From the NCBI GenBank assembly GCA_965220965.1, contig OZ244852.1, forward strand, positions 645,141 through 709,140: a stretch of 64,000 bases of DNA, given 5' to 3'. This DNA comes from Candidatus Marinacidobacterium sp. (GTDB lineage Bacteria > Acidobacteriota > Vicinamibacteria > Marinacidobacterales > Marinacidobacteraceae). Positions within the stretch are counted from its first letter, which is position 1; every line of letters starts with the position of its first letter. The notes beneath the pieces are model-generated. The model ran no database searches and was not told the origin of the DNA. It saw nothing but the letters and a program-made list of their open reading frames with translations. Both the position numbers and the translations under genes were made by a program. Shown here piece by piece: positions 56,100-64,000 of the stretch.

Positions 56100-56640
56100 G
56101 CGACGCGCCTCCCGGTCCGGCGCGCCGTGCGCCGCCCGGAAGGGGCCGCCCCCCAGAAATCGAAGCCGTGCGACGCGCAGGTCAGCGTGGCTGTCGTAGC
56201 GCAACGCCCGTCCCCGGGGGGAGGGTTCGGGAGGGGGTTTCCCCCTCCCGAGAGAGAAAGTCCGCTTCATCGTGACTTGACGCGGAGCGCAAGTCACGAT
56301 GACGGCCCGGAGGGCCGTGCGGTGCGAGCGGCGGGGCGGCGGGTGGCGCTCGGAAGGAGGGCGCCCGGGGCTCGGGACGGCCGCCCCGCCGCTCGCACCG
56401 CGTGGATTCGAGGCGGAGGGCTCGGGAGGGGGTGTCCCCCTCCCGCAAATTAGTAATTTCGAATCGGAAACTCGCGCGCAGCGCAGTTTTCGATTCACGG
56501 CCCGGAGGGCCGTGCGTAGGGCGGGGAGGGCCGCCCCCCAGAAATCGAAGCATTGCGATGCGCATGCCGGAGCGGCCCCTCCCGCCCTACGCCCAGCTCC
56601 CCCGTGCTAGGTTTTTGGGCTGGGAGACCCGAGCCTGGCT
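56100..56640. repeat. Structured repeat-rich spacer: two ~205-bp tandem units plus flanking direct repeats, each unit carrying GC-perfect hairpins
   Basis: Perfect palindromes GGGAGGGGG-TTT/TGT-CCCCCTCCC at about 56220 and 56424. A second hairpin follows each (CATCGTGACTTG..CAAGTCACGATG at 56259-56292, and CGAATCGGAAACT..AGTTTTCGATTC at about 56459-56496). A conserved 19-mer CGG(C/T)CCGG(AGG/CGC)GCCGTGCG occurs at about 56113, 56293 and 56498. A 38-mer GGGCCGCCCCCCAGAAATCGAAGC..TGCGA..CGCA occurs at about 56142 and 56528. Local AT-rich islands. Confidence 0.6.
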
Positions 56641-56676
56641 TTGGCCGCAACGGCCCGGTTCCCCGAAGTCGCCGCC

Positions 56677-58233
56677 GTGGTCCGTGAACTGATCGTCACC
56701 AGTCTGCCCGGCGAGACGCGCATGGCGCTGCTCGAGGACGGGGCGATCGTCGAACTCGGCGTCGAGCACCGGTCCGGGCAGAGCGTCCTTCACGGCATCT
56801 ATCGGAGTCGCGTCCAGCGCGTTGTCCCCGGGACCCAGGCGGCCTTCCTCGACCTGGGCCTGCACCGGAACGGCTTCCTCCAGACGGACCAGATCCCTCC
56901 GGGGGCTGTCGAGGATTCGAGCGGGCAGGGCGAAGGACGGTCCGCCGGCGCCCGCCCCCGACTCGAGGAGCTTCTCAAACCCGGACAGACAGTCCTCGTC
57001 CAGGTCGTGCGGGAGCCGCTCGGCCCCAAGGGCTACAAGGTCAGTTGCGATCTGCGCCTGCAGGGACGGTTCTTCGACTTTCGTCCGTTCGCTCCGGAGG
57101 GCGCCATCGTCAACCGCGCCACCGCGGGTCCCAGGGAGCAGTTGCGACTGGCCGCGCTGGTGCGACGCCGCACCGAGACGAAGGGGGAGTGGGCGGCGCG
57201 TCCGGCGGCCGAACAGATCGATGAAGAGACGCTGGCGGCCGATATCGCCCGGATCGAGGCGGACTGGGCCGACATCCGCAGGCAGGGCGCCGAGGGCCCT
57301 CCGTCCTGCCTGCGATCCGAAGTGCCCATGGTGTTCCGCTACGTCCGGGACGTTCTGGCCTCGGGATTCGACAGCATCCGGGTGGACGACGAGCGGCTCT
57401 ACGGGCGCCTGCTCAACTTCGTGCGCCAGTTTCTTCCCGGTCTGGAGCACCGGATCCGCTTCTACTCGCGGAACTACCCGATCTTCCAGGAATATGGCGT
57501 GGAAGAGGCCTTCCGCCAGGCGACCCGGCGACGGGTGAAGCTCCCCTCCGGGGGCTCCATCGTGATCGACCAGACCGAGGCGCTGGTCGCGGTGGATGTG
57601 AACACCGGGAGTTTCGGGGGCGAGACGAGCCGGCGCGACGAGACGAACACCGCCACGAATCTCGAAGCCGCCGCCGAGACCGCGCGCCAGCTTCGTCTGC
57701 GCGGGCTGGGCGGGATCGTGGCGATCGATTTCATCGACATGAAGGAGGCGCGCAACCGGGACCGGGTCTACCGCGCGCTCCAGTCGCACCTCAAGAAGGA
57801 TCCGGCCTTCACCCGGGCCTCGCCCCCCGAGCCCCGGGCCGGGCTCGTCATCGTGACCCGCAAGCGCGAGCGGCCGTCGCTCGAGGCGGTCCTGCTGTCC
57901 GCCTGCGCGGTCTGCCGCGGGACGGGCAAGGTCGCTTCCGCTGGGGCGGTCTGCCAGGAAATCCTGACCCGCGTCCAGAAGCGCGCCCGCGAGTTCGCAT
58001 CGGGGCTGAACATCGAGGCGGCGCCTGAACTGGCCGCGGCGCTCCGGCGCTCCGGAGTGCTCCCCGAGATCGCCGGGATGCTCGCCGGACCGGTCCAGGT
58101 CCATGACGACCCCAACCTCGCCGAGCCCCGCTACGTCCTGGCGTCTCCCGCGGAGTCTCCGGACGGACTCGAGGAACTGGACGCATCCGCCGTGGTCGGC
58201 GAGCCCGAGGAATCGGCCGCTCCGGTGGCCTGA
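56677..58233 (+). CDS. rng: Ribonuclease G/E family (RNase G-like)
   Basis: S1 domain followed by the RNase E/G catalytic domain (VDVNTGSFGGETS, GLGGIVAIDFIDM). Start placed at GTG 56677 (VRELIVTSLPGETRMALLEDG matches RNase G N-termini). The listed TTG 56641 lies inside the repeat region. Confidence 0.8.
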   Translation: MVRELIVTSLPGETRMALLEDGAIVELGVEHRSGQSVLHGIYRSRVQRVVPGTQAAFLDLGLHRNGFLQTDQIPPGAVEDSSGQGEGRSAGARPRLEELLKPGQTVLVQVVREPLGPKGYKVSCDLRLQGRFFDFRPFAPEGAIVNRATAGPREQLRLAALVRRRTETKGEWAARPAAEQIDEETLAADIARIEADWADIRRQGAEGPPSCLRSEVPMVFRYVRDVLASGFDSIRVDDERLYGRLLNFVRQFLPGLEHRIRFYSRNYPIFQEYGVEEAFRQATRRRVKLPSGGSIVIDQTEALVAVDVNTGSFGGETSRRDETNTATNLEAAAETARQLRLRGLGGIVAIDFIDMKEARNRDRVYRALQSHLKKDPAFTRASPPEPRAGLVIVTRKRERPSLEAVLLSACAVCRGTGKVASAGAVCQEILTRVQKRAREFASGLNIEAAPELAAALRRSGVLPEIAGMLAGPVQVHDDPNLAEPRYVLASPAESPDGLEELDASAVVGEPEESAAPVA

Positions 58234-58248
58234 GACCGGAGGTTCGGA

Positions 58249-58683
58249 ATGCTCGTCCGGCTCGATGTCGAGACCCGGATCGAGTGGGTCGAGGTGCTGC
58301 TCGGCGTGTTCGAGAGGCACTGCCGCCAGTGCGGCTACGACGCGGACGCCACCCACTGGATGGGCGCGGCGCTTCGGGAGGCGGTCACCAACGGGATGCG
58401 TCACGGCAACCGGATGGACCCGAACAAGCGGCTCCTCGTCCGGATCGAGACCCGCTCCGACGGGGACGGCGGGCCGGCGGTGCGGGTTCTGGTCGAGGAC
58501 GAAGGGGAAGGGTTCGACTGCGACGAGGTGCCGGACCCCCTGAACGAGGACAACCTGCTGAAGGAGAGTGGCCGCGGCATCTTCTTCATGCGCCAGTTCA
58601 TGGATTCGGTCACCTGGTCCCGCACGCCGCGCGGAGGCACCCGGGTCGAGCTGCTCCAGCAGCGCGTGTCCAGCGCGTCGTGA
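58249..58683 (+). CDS. Anti-sigma regulatory factor, serine-protein-kinase-like (HATPase_c, RsbW/SpoIIAB type)
   Basis: GHKL N-box EAVTNGMRHGN and G-box GRGIFFMRQFMD. 144 aa. Confidence 0.65.
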   Translation: MLVRLDVETRIEWVEVLLGVFERHCRQCGYDADATHWMGAALREAVTNGMRHGNRMDPNKRLLVRIETRSDGDGGPAVRVLVEDEGEGFDCDEVPDPLNEDNLLKESGRGIFFMRQFMDSVTWSRTPRGGTRVELLQQRVSSAS

Positions 58684-59498
58684 ACACGGCTCCCGGCCGC
58701 GCCTGCGTCGAGGCCTGCTCGGCCGGGGCCCGCGTGATTCGCGAGGCGCACGCCGCCCGCCTGGCGGACCCGGGGACGGGACGCTTCTCGGTGGATCGGA
58801 AGAGCCGCATCGACCTGGTCACCTCGGTGGATCACGAGGCGGAGAGCGCGGTGGTCGCGACGCTGGGGCGGCTCTTTCCGGACGTGCCGATTCTGGCCGA
58901 GGAGCGGGGGCTGGTCGGAGGCTCCCGCACCGATTGCCGGTTCGTGGTGGACCCGCTCGACGGCACCACCAACTTCACCCACGGGTTCCCGGTGTTCTGC
59001 GTCTCGATCGCGTACGAGTTCGAAGGCGAGATCGTCGCCGGCGCGGTCCTGGATCCGAACCGGGACGAACTGTTCACCGCGGAGGCCGGTGCGGGGGCCG
59101 CGCGAAACGGCGCTCCGATCCGGGTCTCGGAGGTGTCCCGCCTCGACGAGGCGCTCCTCGGAACCGGGTTTCCCTACGACCGGGAGTCCATGGACCGGGC
59201 GCTTGCGCTGTTCACCCGGATCATGCGGCGGGTTCGCGCGGTAAGGCGCGCCGGCTCCGCCGCGCTCGACCTCTGCTCGGTCGCCAGCGGGCGGCTCGAC
59301 GCGTTCTGGGAGGAGACGCTGCGCGCCTGGGACACCGCCGCCGGCGAGCTCATCGTGCGGGAGGCCGGAGGCCGGGTGACGGACTTCGAGGGGGGACCGT
59401 TCACGAACGGCGGGCCGAACATCGCCGCCACGAACGCCGCCCTCCACGGAGCCCTGCTCGACCTGCTCGCCGCCGCGAAAGAGGCGCCGGAAGACTGA
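58680..59498 (+). CDS. suhB: Inositol monophosphatase family protein (SuhB-like)
   Basis: GTG start overlapping the upstream stop. IMPase motifs VVDPLDGTTNF and WDTAAG. In-frame C-terminal 272 aa of the listed 58284 ORF. Confidence 0.8.
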   Translation: MNTAPGRACVEACSAGARVIREAHAARLADPGTGRFSVDRKSRIDLVTSVDHEAESAVVATLGRLFPDVPILAEERGLVGGSRTDCRFVVDPLDGTTNFTHGFPVFCVSIAYEFEGEIVAGAVLDPNRDELFTAEAGAGAARNGAPIRVSEVSRLDEALLGTGFPYDRESMDRALALFTRIMRRVRAVRRAGSAALDLCSVASGRLDAFWEETLRAWDTAAGELIVREAGGRVTDFEGGPFTNGGPNIAATNAALHGALLDLLAAAKEAPED

Positions 59499-59541
59499 TC
59501 GCCCTCCGGCGCCCGGCGTCAGCGGACCGGGGCCGGGACCC

Positions 59542-60411
59542 TCAGAACCAGAAGCGGATTCCCACCAGCGCGCCGGTGCGGGTGACCGAGAGGTCGCCGA
59601 ACCCGTCGAACGCCTCGCGGTGCTCGAGGGTGGAGCGGGCGGCGCGGAACTCGCCGAAGATCGCGCTGTGGCCGCGCCGCATCCGGAACACCGGGACCTC
59701 GAACCCGGCGCCGAAGAACATGCCCACCTGGAACGAGGTCTCCTCGTAGCGGTCGTAGAAGATGTCGTAGGTGTCGAAGTCCACGAACTCGCCGTCTTCC
59801 CAGTAGTCATAGACCATCCCGCTGGCGCCGATCACCAGGTAGGGGCGAATGCGGGCGGCGGCGTCAGCCAGCGGCAGGCGCACGCCGAGGGTGAGCTCGG
59901 TGGTGGAGAGCCGGGTTTCGTGCTCGATCTCCGAGCCGTCGTCCCAGACGAAGTCCGCGTAGGAGGACGACTGGCGGGCGCTGCTGCTGTCGAGGCCGAG
60001 GGTGAGCAGGAGGCGCGGGTAGACCGCGAAGTCGATTTCCCCCCCGACACGGGCGGCGAGGAAGTCTCCGGGGTCGAGCCCGAAGTCCAGTTCGTTGGCG
60101 TCGAACAGTTCGCTCTCCACCGCGAGGGCGCGGTAGCCGCTGTGGAACGAGATCCCGAAGCGGGGATCCGTCTGCCGCGGGCGCCGGGTGTTGGCCGGAG
60201 GTCCACCGAAGGGTGGGCGTCGGCGGGGCTGCGCCTCCGTCCCCGCCGCGCGAGCGCGTTCGACCAGAAGCGCTTCGGGCGCCTCGACTGCGGTGGCCCC
60301 GTTCTTCTCCTCCTCCGGCGGCGCGGGCCGCTCGTCGGCCCGGGCGCCCGGGACGACGGCGAGCGTCATGAGTAGGGAGAGCGGGAGCAGGACGTGAAGA
60401 AGACGGGGCAT
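59542..60411 (-). CDS. Outer-membrane beta-barrel protein (OmpA-like / porin-family)
   Basis: Start ATG at 60411 (MPRLLHVLLPLSLLMTLAVVPGARA signal peptide). Alternating amphipathic beta strands. Terminal aromatic FWF. Confidence 0.6.
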   Translation of the reverse strand: MPRLLHVLLPLSLLMTLAVVPGARADERPAPPEEEKNGATAVEAPEALLVERARAAGTEAQPRRRPPFGGPPANTRRPRQTDPRFGISFHSGYRALAVESELFDANELDFGLDPGDFLAARVGGEIDFAVYPRLLLTLGLDSSSARQSSSYADFVWDDGSEIEHETRLSTTELTLGVRLPLADAAARIRPYLVIGASGMVYDYWEDGEFVDFDTYDIFYDRYEETSFQVGMFFGAGFEVPVFRMRRGHSAIFGEFRAARSTLEHREAFDGFGDLSVTRTGALVGIRFWF

Positions 60412-60722
60412 CGGGTTCCTTTCGGGAGATCGGGTTCTGGTCGCCGCCGGATCGTCCCCCGCGGACCGGACCCTCGAGGCGGGTGACCGTGTCCAGCGGC
60501 GCCGGGCGCCGCTTTGTGAGCGGTGACCGGGAGGACGGCTCGGCGTCGGGAGCGGTTTGAGCAATGTATGTGCCAGCGACTGCCGGGAGGCCGAAGGTTC
60601 GCATGCCCGACCGGGCGCCGGATGGTCGCGGCCCGCGTTATATTCGGGAAAGTGTTCCGGAGCGCCCGGCGGGACCGGCCCGCCAGGGTGCTCTGGCGTT
60701 CCCCTCACCCGGGAGTCTGTTC

Positions 60723-62276
60723 ATGGTTCGGTACCTTCCTGTCATCCCCATCGGGGTGTTGATCGCCGCCTCCGCCTGTCTCGGACAGGACGCGCGGGAA
60801 CGGCTTGGCGTCACCTCCTTCGCGGAGGCGCTTGTCGGCCAGGAGCAGGCCGAATCGGGTTCAAGGGCCCGGTTCGCCTCGCTGGACGAGGTCCCGGAAC
60901 CCCAGGAGACGCCCCGGCGGGAGCGGACCGCGCCAGCGCTCAGTCTCTCGGACGCCTTCGCCGAAGTGGCCCGGGTGGCGACGCCGGCGGTGGTGACGCT
61001 CCAGGTGGAGCAGGAGATCCCGGCGGAGGACGTGCCGTTCCCGCTGCGCGAGCTGGCGCCTCCCGGGCCGCGCATGGGCGCCGGGTCCGGCGCCATCGTG
61101 GATCCGGCCGGTCTGGTCGTCACGAACAATCACGTCGTGGAGGGCGCCACCCGGATCGTCGCGATCTTCGCTGACGGCCGACAGGTCGAAGCGGACATCG
61201 TCGGGACCGATCCGCCGACGGACCTCGCGGTGCTTCAGCTCGAGTCGGAGGAGGGGGAGTCCTTCCCCTACCTGGCGCTCGGCGACTCCGAGGAAGTCCG
61301 GGTGGGTGACTGGGTGCTCGCGATCGGCAATCCGCTCGGAAACAGCCACAGCGTGACGGCGGGCATCGTGAGCGCGAAGGGCCGGGACCAGCGCGGCGAT
61401 TACCAGGACTTCATCCAGACGGACGCCGCGATCAACCGGGGCAACTCGGGTGGCCCGCTGGTCAGCCTCGACGGACGGCTCATCGGCGTGAACACCATGA
61501 TCCAGTCCGTTGTCGAGCGGACCGGAACCCCGGGGAACATCGGTCTCGGCTTCGCGATTCCCTCGAATCTGGTCCGACGGATCTACGACGACCTCGCGAC
61601 CGAGGGACAGGTCACCCGGGGCTGGCTGGGGGTCTCGATCCGGCCGCTGACGCCCGATCTCCGCGAGGGCCTCGATCTGGACGCCGATGTGCGCGGCGCC
61701 ATCGTGATGGACTTCGCCGGCGCCGATTCGCCGGCCCAGGCGGCCGGGCTGCGTCGCGGCGACATCATCACCCGCTTCAACGGCCGGACCGTCGAGGACT
61801 CCAGCGACCTCCAGTTCGCGGTGGCGGACGCCCGGCCCGAGGAGCCGGCCACGGTGGAATTCCTGCGTGACGGGGAACCCGGCTCGATGGAGGTCGTTCT
61901 GGGCCAGCGCGCCTTCGAGGAGGCGGCGCCGATGGCCCGCGCTCCCGAACCGGCGGAGCCCTCCCGCCGCGAGCCCGCCGGACGGCTCGGGATCGTCGGC
62001 TCGGCGCTGGACCGGGAGCTTCGGGACCGCCTCGGCGTGGACTTCGACGGCGTGCTGATCGAGGGGATCGCCCAGGGCGGCGTGGCCGACCGGCTGGGTC
62101 TTCGGCCGGGAGCGGTCCTCACCGATGTCGCCGGAACGCCGGTCGCTTCGGTCGCCGACCTGGATGCGGCGCTCGCTCCGATCGCGCCCGGCGATCCGTT
62201 CGTGATCTGGATCGCGTTCGACGCCGGGTCCGGGGAGTGGCAGCGGACCGTGCTGGTGGCGGAGTTCGACGAGTAG
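60723..62276 (+). CDS. degP: DegP/HtrA (Do) serine endoprotease with two PDZ domains
   Basis: Catalytic triad context HVVEG..D..GNSGGPL. Two PDZ domains. Start ATG at 60723 (MVRYLPVIPIGVLIAASA). Upstream part of the listed ORF is noncoding. Confidence 0.85.
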   Translation: MVRYLPVIPIGVLIAASACLGQDARERLGVTSFAEALVGQEQAESGSRARFASLDEVPEPQETPRRERTAPALSLSDAFAEVARVATPAVVTLQVEQEIPAEDVPFPLRELAPPGPRMGAGSGAIVDPAGLVVTNNHVVEGATRIVAIFADGRQVEADIVGTDPPTDLAVLQLESEEGESFPYLALGDSEEVRVGDWVLAIGNPLGNSHSVTAGIVSAKGRDQRGDYQDFIQTDAAINRGNSGGPLVSLDGRLIGVNTMIQSVVERTGTPGNIGLGFAIPSNLVRRIYDDLATEGQVTRGWLGVSIRPLTPDLREGLDLDADVRGAIVMDFAGADSPAQAAGLRRGDIITRFNGRTVEDSSDLQFAVADARPEEPATVEFLRDGEPGSMEVVLGQRAFEEAAPMARAPEPAEPSRREPAGRLGIVGSALDRELRDRLGVDFDGVLIEGIAQGGVADRLGLRPGAVLTDVAGTPVASVADLDAALAPIAPGDPFVIWIAFDAGSGEWQRTVLVAEFDE

Positions 62277-62517
62277 CCTCGTCGTCGTCGGACGTCTGAA
62301 GGCTCGCCAGACAGGTCGCTGATCCAACAGCCGTAGCCTCAGCGAACGCGGCCGCATTCCGGACTTCGACCAACGGGCGCGGGGCGCCTGCGGGAGCCGA
62401 GGTTCGGGTACGCTCTTCGCCGATCGTCGCTGTCCTCTGGCGTGACGCCGCCACCCTCCGGGATCCGATTCACTCCTCCATGACGAACCGGAAATTCGTG
62501 GTCCCCGCGGTCTCCTG

Positions 62518-63681
62518 ATGACCGGGAACGGGGCGGGCGCCGGCGGGTTCGGCTTCGCCCGCCGCGCGCTGGTTCTCGCCGGCCTGTTCGTCCTGTTCCT
62601 CGGCGCGATCGCGGGGCTCGGTGACGGCTTGCAGGGGCTCGGATCCGGGCTTCTGGACCGCTTCTTCGCGGCTTCCGAAAACCCCCTCGTCGGGCTTCTC
62701 GTCGGAATGCTCGCGACGACGCTCGTCCAGAGCTCCTCGGTCACGAGTTCGCTCATCGTCGCCCTGGTCGCCGCTCCGGAGTCGCCGCTTCCGTTCGAGA
62801 GCGCGATCCCCATGGTCATGGGCGCCAATCTGGGGACCACAGTCACGAACACGCTGGCCTCGCTCGGGCACCTGCGGGATCGCGACGAGCTCGGACGGGC
62901 CTTCGCGGTCGCCACCTGCCACGACATGTTCAACCTGGTCGCGGTCGCGATCCTGCTGCCCATCGAAATCGCCACCGGCGTCCTCGCCCGGACCTCGGGG
63001 GTCATCGCCGGCTGGTTCCAGGGCCTCGTCGGGCGGGGAGTCGATTACGACAGCCCCCTGAAGTCGCTGATCGACTGGGTCCCCCGCATCGTCCACCGGG
63101 TCGCCGAGGTGATCACCACCTCCGATGTCGCCGCCGCCGCCGTTCTCGCGCTCTCCTCCGCGGCGCTCCTGGTCGTCGCGCTGGGCCTCCTCGTCCGGAC
63201 GCTCAAGAGCTTCACCGCCTCCCGGGCCGAGGACGCCATCCAGCGGGTGCTCGGGCAGAGCGCTCTCGTCGCCATGGGCGTGGGGGCGCTCGCCACGATC
63301 CTCGTCCAGTCCAGTTCGGTCACCACCTCCATGCTGGTGCCGCTCGCCGGGGCCGGGCTCCTCCTCCTCGAGGACGCCTTCCCGGTGACGCTCGGCGCCA
63401 ATGTCGGGACCACCGTCACCGCCTTCCTCGCGGCGCTCGCCGTCTCCGGTCCCAACGCTCACTTCGGCTTCGAGCTGGCGGTGGTCCACCTGCTGTTCAA
63501 CCTGATCGGCATCGGGATCATCTATCCGTTCCGCCGCTTGCGGGAGATCCCGTTGGCCGCCGCCCGTTTCCTCTCCCGGCTCGCGGTGCGAAGCCGGGCC
63601 GCAACGATGGCCTACGTCATCTTCGCGTTCTACGGCGTCCCGGCCCTCCTCCTGCTCCTCGGGAGGGCCCTGGGCCACTGA
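62518..63681 (+). CDS. Na+/phosphate cotransporter family protein (PNaS/NptA-like)
   Basis: Duplicated QSSS-containing re-entrant motifs (TLVQSSSVTSSLIV and TILVQSSSVTTSMLV). Confidence 0.8.
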   Translation: MTGNGAGAGGFGFARRALVLAGLFVLFLGAIAGLGDGLQGLGSGLLDRFFAASENPLVGLLVGMLATTLVQSSSVTSSLIVALVAAPESPLPFESAIPMVMGANLGTTVTNTLASLGHLRDRDELGRAFAVATCHDMFNLVAVAILLPIEIATGVLARTSGVIAGWFQGLVGRGVDYDSPLKSLIDWVPRIVHRVAEVITTSDVAAAAVLALSSAALLVVALGLLVRTLKSFTASRAEDAIQRVLGQSALVAMGVGALATILVQSSSVTTSMLVPLAGAGLLLLEDAFPVTLGANVGTTVTAFLAALAVSGPNAHFGFELAVVHLLFNLIGIGIIYPFRRLREIPLAAARFLSRLAVRSRAATMAYVIFAFYGVPALLLLLGRALGH

Positions 63682-63717
63682 GCCGGCGCCCCGCCCCCGG
63701 TCCGGCGGCTCGGGCGT

Positions 63718-64000
63718 CAGCACGTCGGCGGGGTCGCCTCCTCCCGGATCGCGCCCGGCGCCGGTCACGCGGACGACCTCGGCCAGCGTCGTTTCGCCCT
63801 CGAGCAGCGAGACGAGCGCGTTCTGCCGGAGACTCCGGAAACCCGCCTTCCGGGCGAGGCGCGAGAGACGGGCGGCGCCCTCCGCCGACATGATCGCTGC
63901 GGCGGCGGCGCCGTCCACCTCGATGATCTCGAAGATCCCGCGGCGTCCGCGGTAGCCGGTTTCCCCGCAGCGGGCGCAGCCGCGGCGGTCCCGGAGCCGC
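63718..64000 (-). CDS. Type II secretion / type IV pilus assembly ATPase GspE/PilB family, C-terminal fragment. The 5' end lies outside the window.
   Basis: Minus-strand translation ...CARCGETGYRGRRGIFEIIEVDGAAAAAIMSAEGAARLSRLARKAGFRSLRQNALVSLLEGETTLAEVVRVTGAG* is the canonical GspE C-terminus (CxxC...GY.GR.GIFE...TTLEEV.RVT). Stop TGA at 63718-63720. Confidence 0.7.

Noticed and set aside
55995-56610. ORFs of 100-170 aa through the rodA-rng spacer (for example 55995..56498 minus with internal GRGTPPPEPS/GRGKPPPEPS repeats)
   Set aside because: Peptide repeats simply mirror the DNA palindromes and repeats. No GC3 bias or start context. Treated as a noncoding repeat region.
56100-56640. Possible CRISPR array
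   Set aside because: Repeat units are ~200 bp with irregular internal structure, not 25-40-bp repeats with uniform spacers. No cas genes.
62470-63918. 482-aa minus ORF opposite the Na/Pi cotransporter
   Set aside because: Spurious except its first ~65 codons, which are the genuine C-terminus of the GspE gene (annotated 63718..64000).
1-64000. Scan for tRNA, rRNA, integrase/transposase genes and prophage hallmarks
   Set aside because: No T-psi-C/anticodon-arm-like cloverleaf candidates, rRNA-like stretches or recombinase motifs were recognised by eye. Cannot be excluded without tRNAscan/Infernal.

Overview
This window is a ~70% GC stretch of a bacterial chromosome from a Gram-negative organism (outer-membrane beta-barrel, TonB-dependent receptor, Tat and lipoprotein signals). 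It holds about 55 protein genes, densely packed on both strands. No rRNA gene, tRNA gene or CRISPR array was recognisable by eye.

Content, in order along the window:
- Secreted catabolic enzymes: a YVTN beta-propeller protein, a creatininase-family enzyme, gamma-glutamyltranspeptidase, a threonine/serine dehydratase and a glycosylasparaginase.
- A GT4 glycosyltransferase paired with a CapK/PaaK-like adenylate-forming enzyme.
- An S9 peptidase and an aldehyde dehydrogenase.
- An ABC ATPase with a giant FtsX-type permease of 1147 aa.
- A RelA/SpoT-domain gene (small alarmone synthetase-like). It is broken by a 188-bp MITE-like insertion with a 5-bp target-site duplication, and also by a frameshift in a run of seven G's. 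A ribbon-helix-helix protein gene follows it immediately.
- An acetamidase, two M28 peptidases, an EamA transporter, a TonB-dependent receptor and an orphan HigA antitoxin.
- An amidohydrolase and a Tat-signal class V aminotransferase coupled to an unknown Tat-signal protein.
- A TPAT-type TRAP transporter (TatT, DctP, fused DctQM) followed by an HlyD-family adaptor.
- A sulfatase, tsaE, nnr, an ornithine cyclodeaminase-like gene, and tatA preceded by a partial tatA duplicate.
- MoeA, MoaC, a LarE-like PP-loop enzyme and an MBL-fold hydrolase.
- A STAS antagonist, ppiD, and mreB-mreC-mreD-mrdA-rodA.
- A structured, repeat-rich 560-bp spacer, then RNase G, an anti-sigma kinase, suhB, an outer-membrane beta-barrel, degP and a Na/Pi cotransporter.
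- A partial GspE/PilB C-terminus at the 3' edge.

Many long ORFs in the six-frame track are alternative-frame artefacts of GC-rich DNA and are not annotated.
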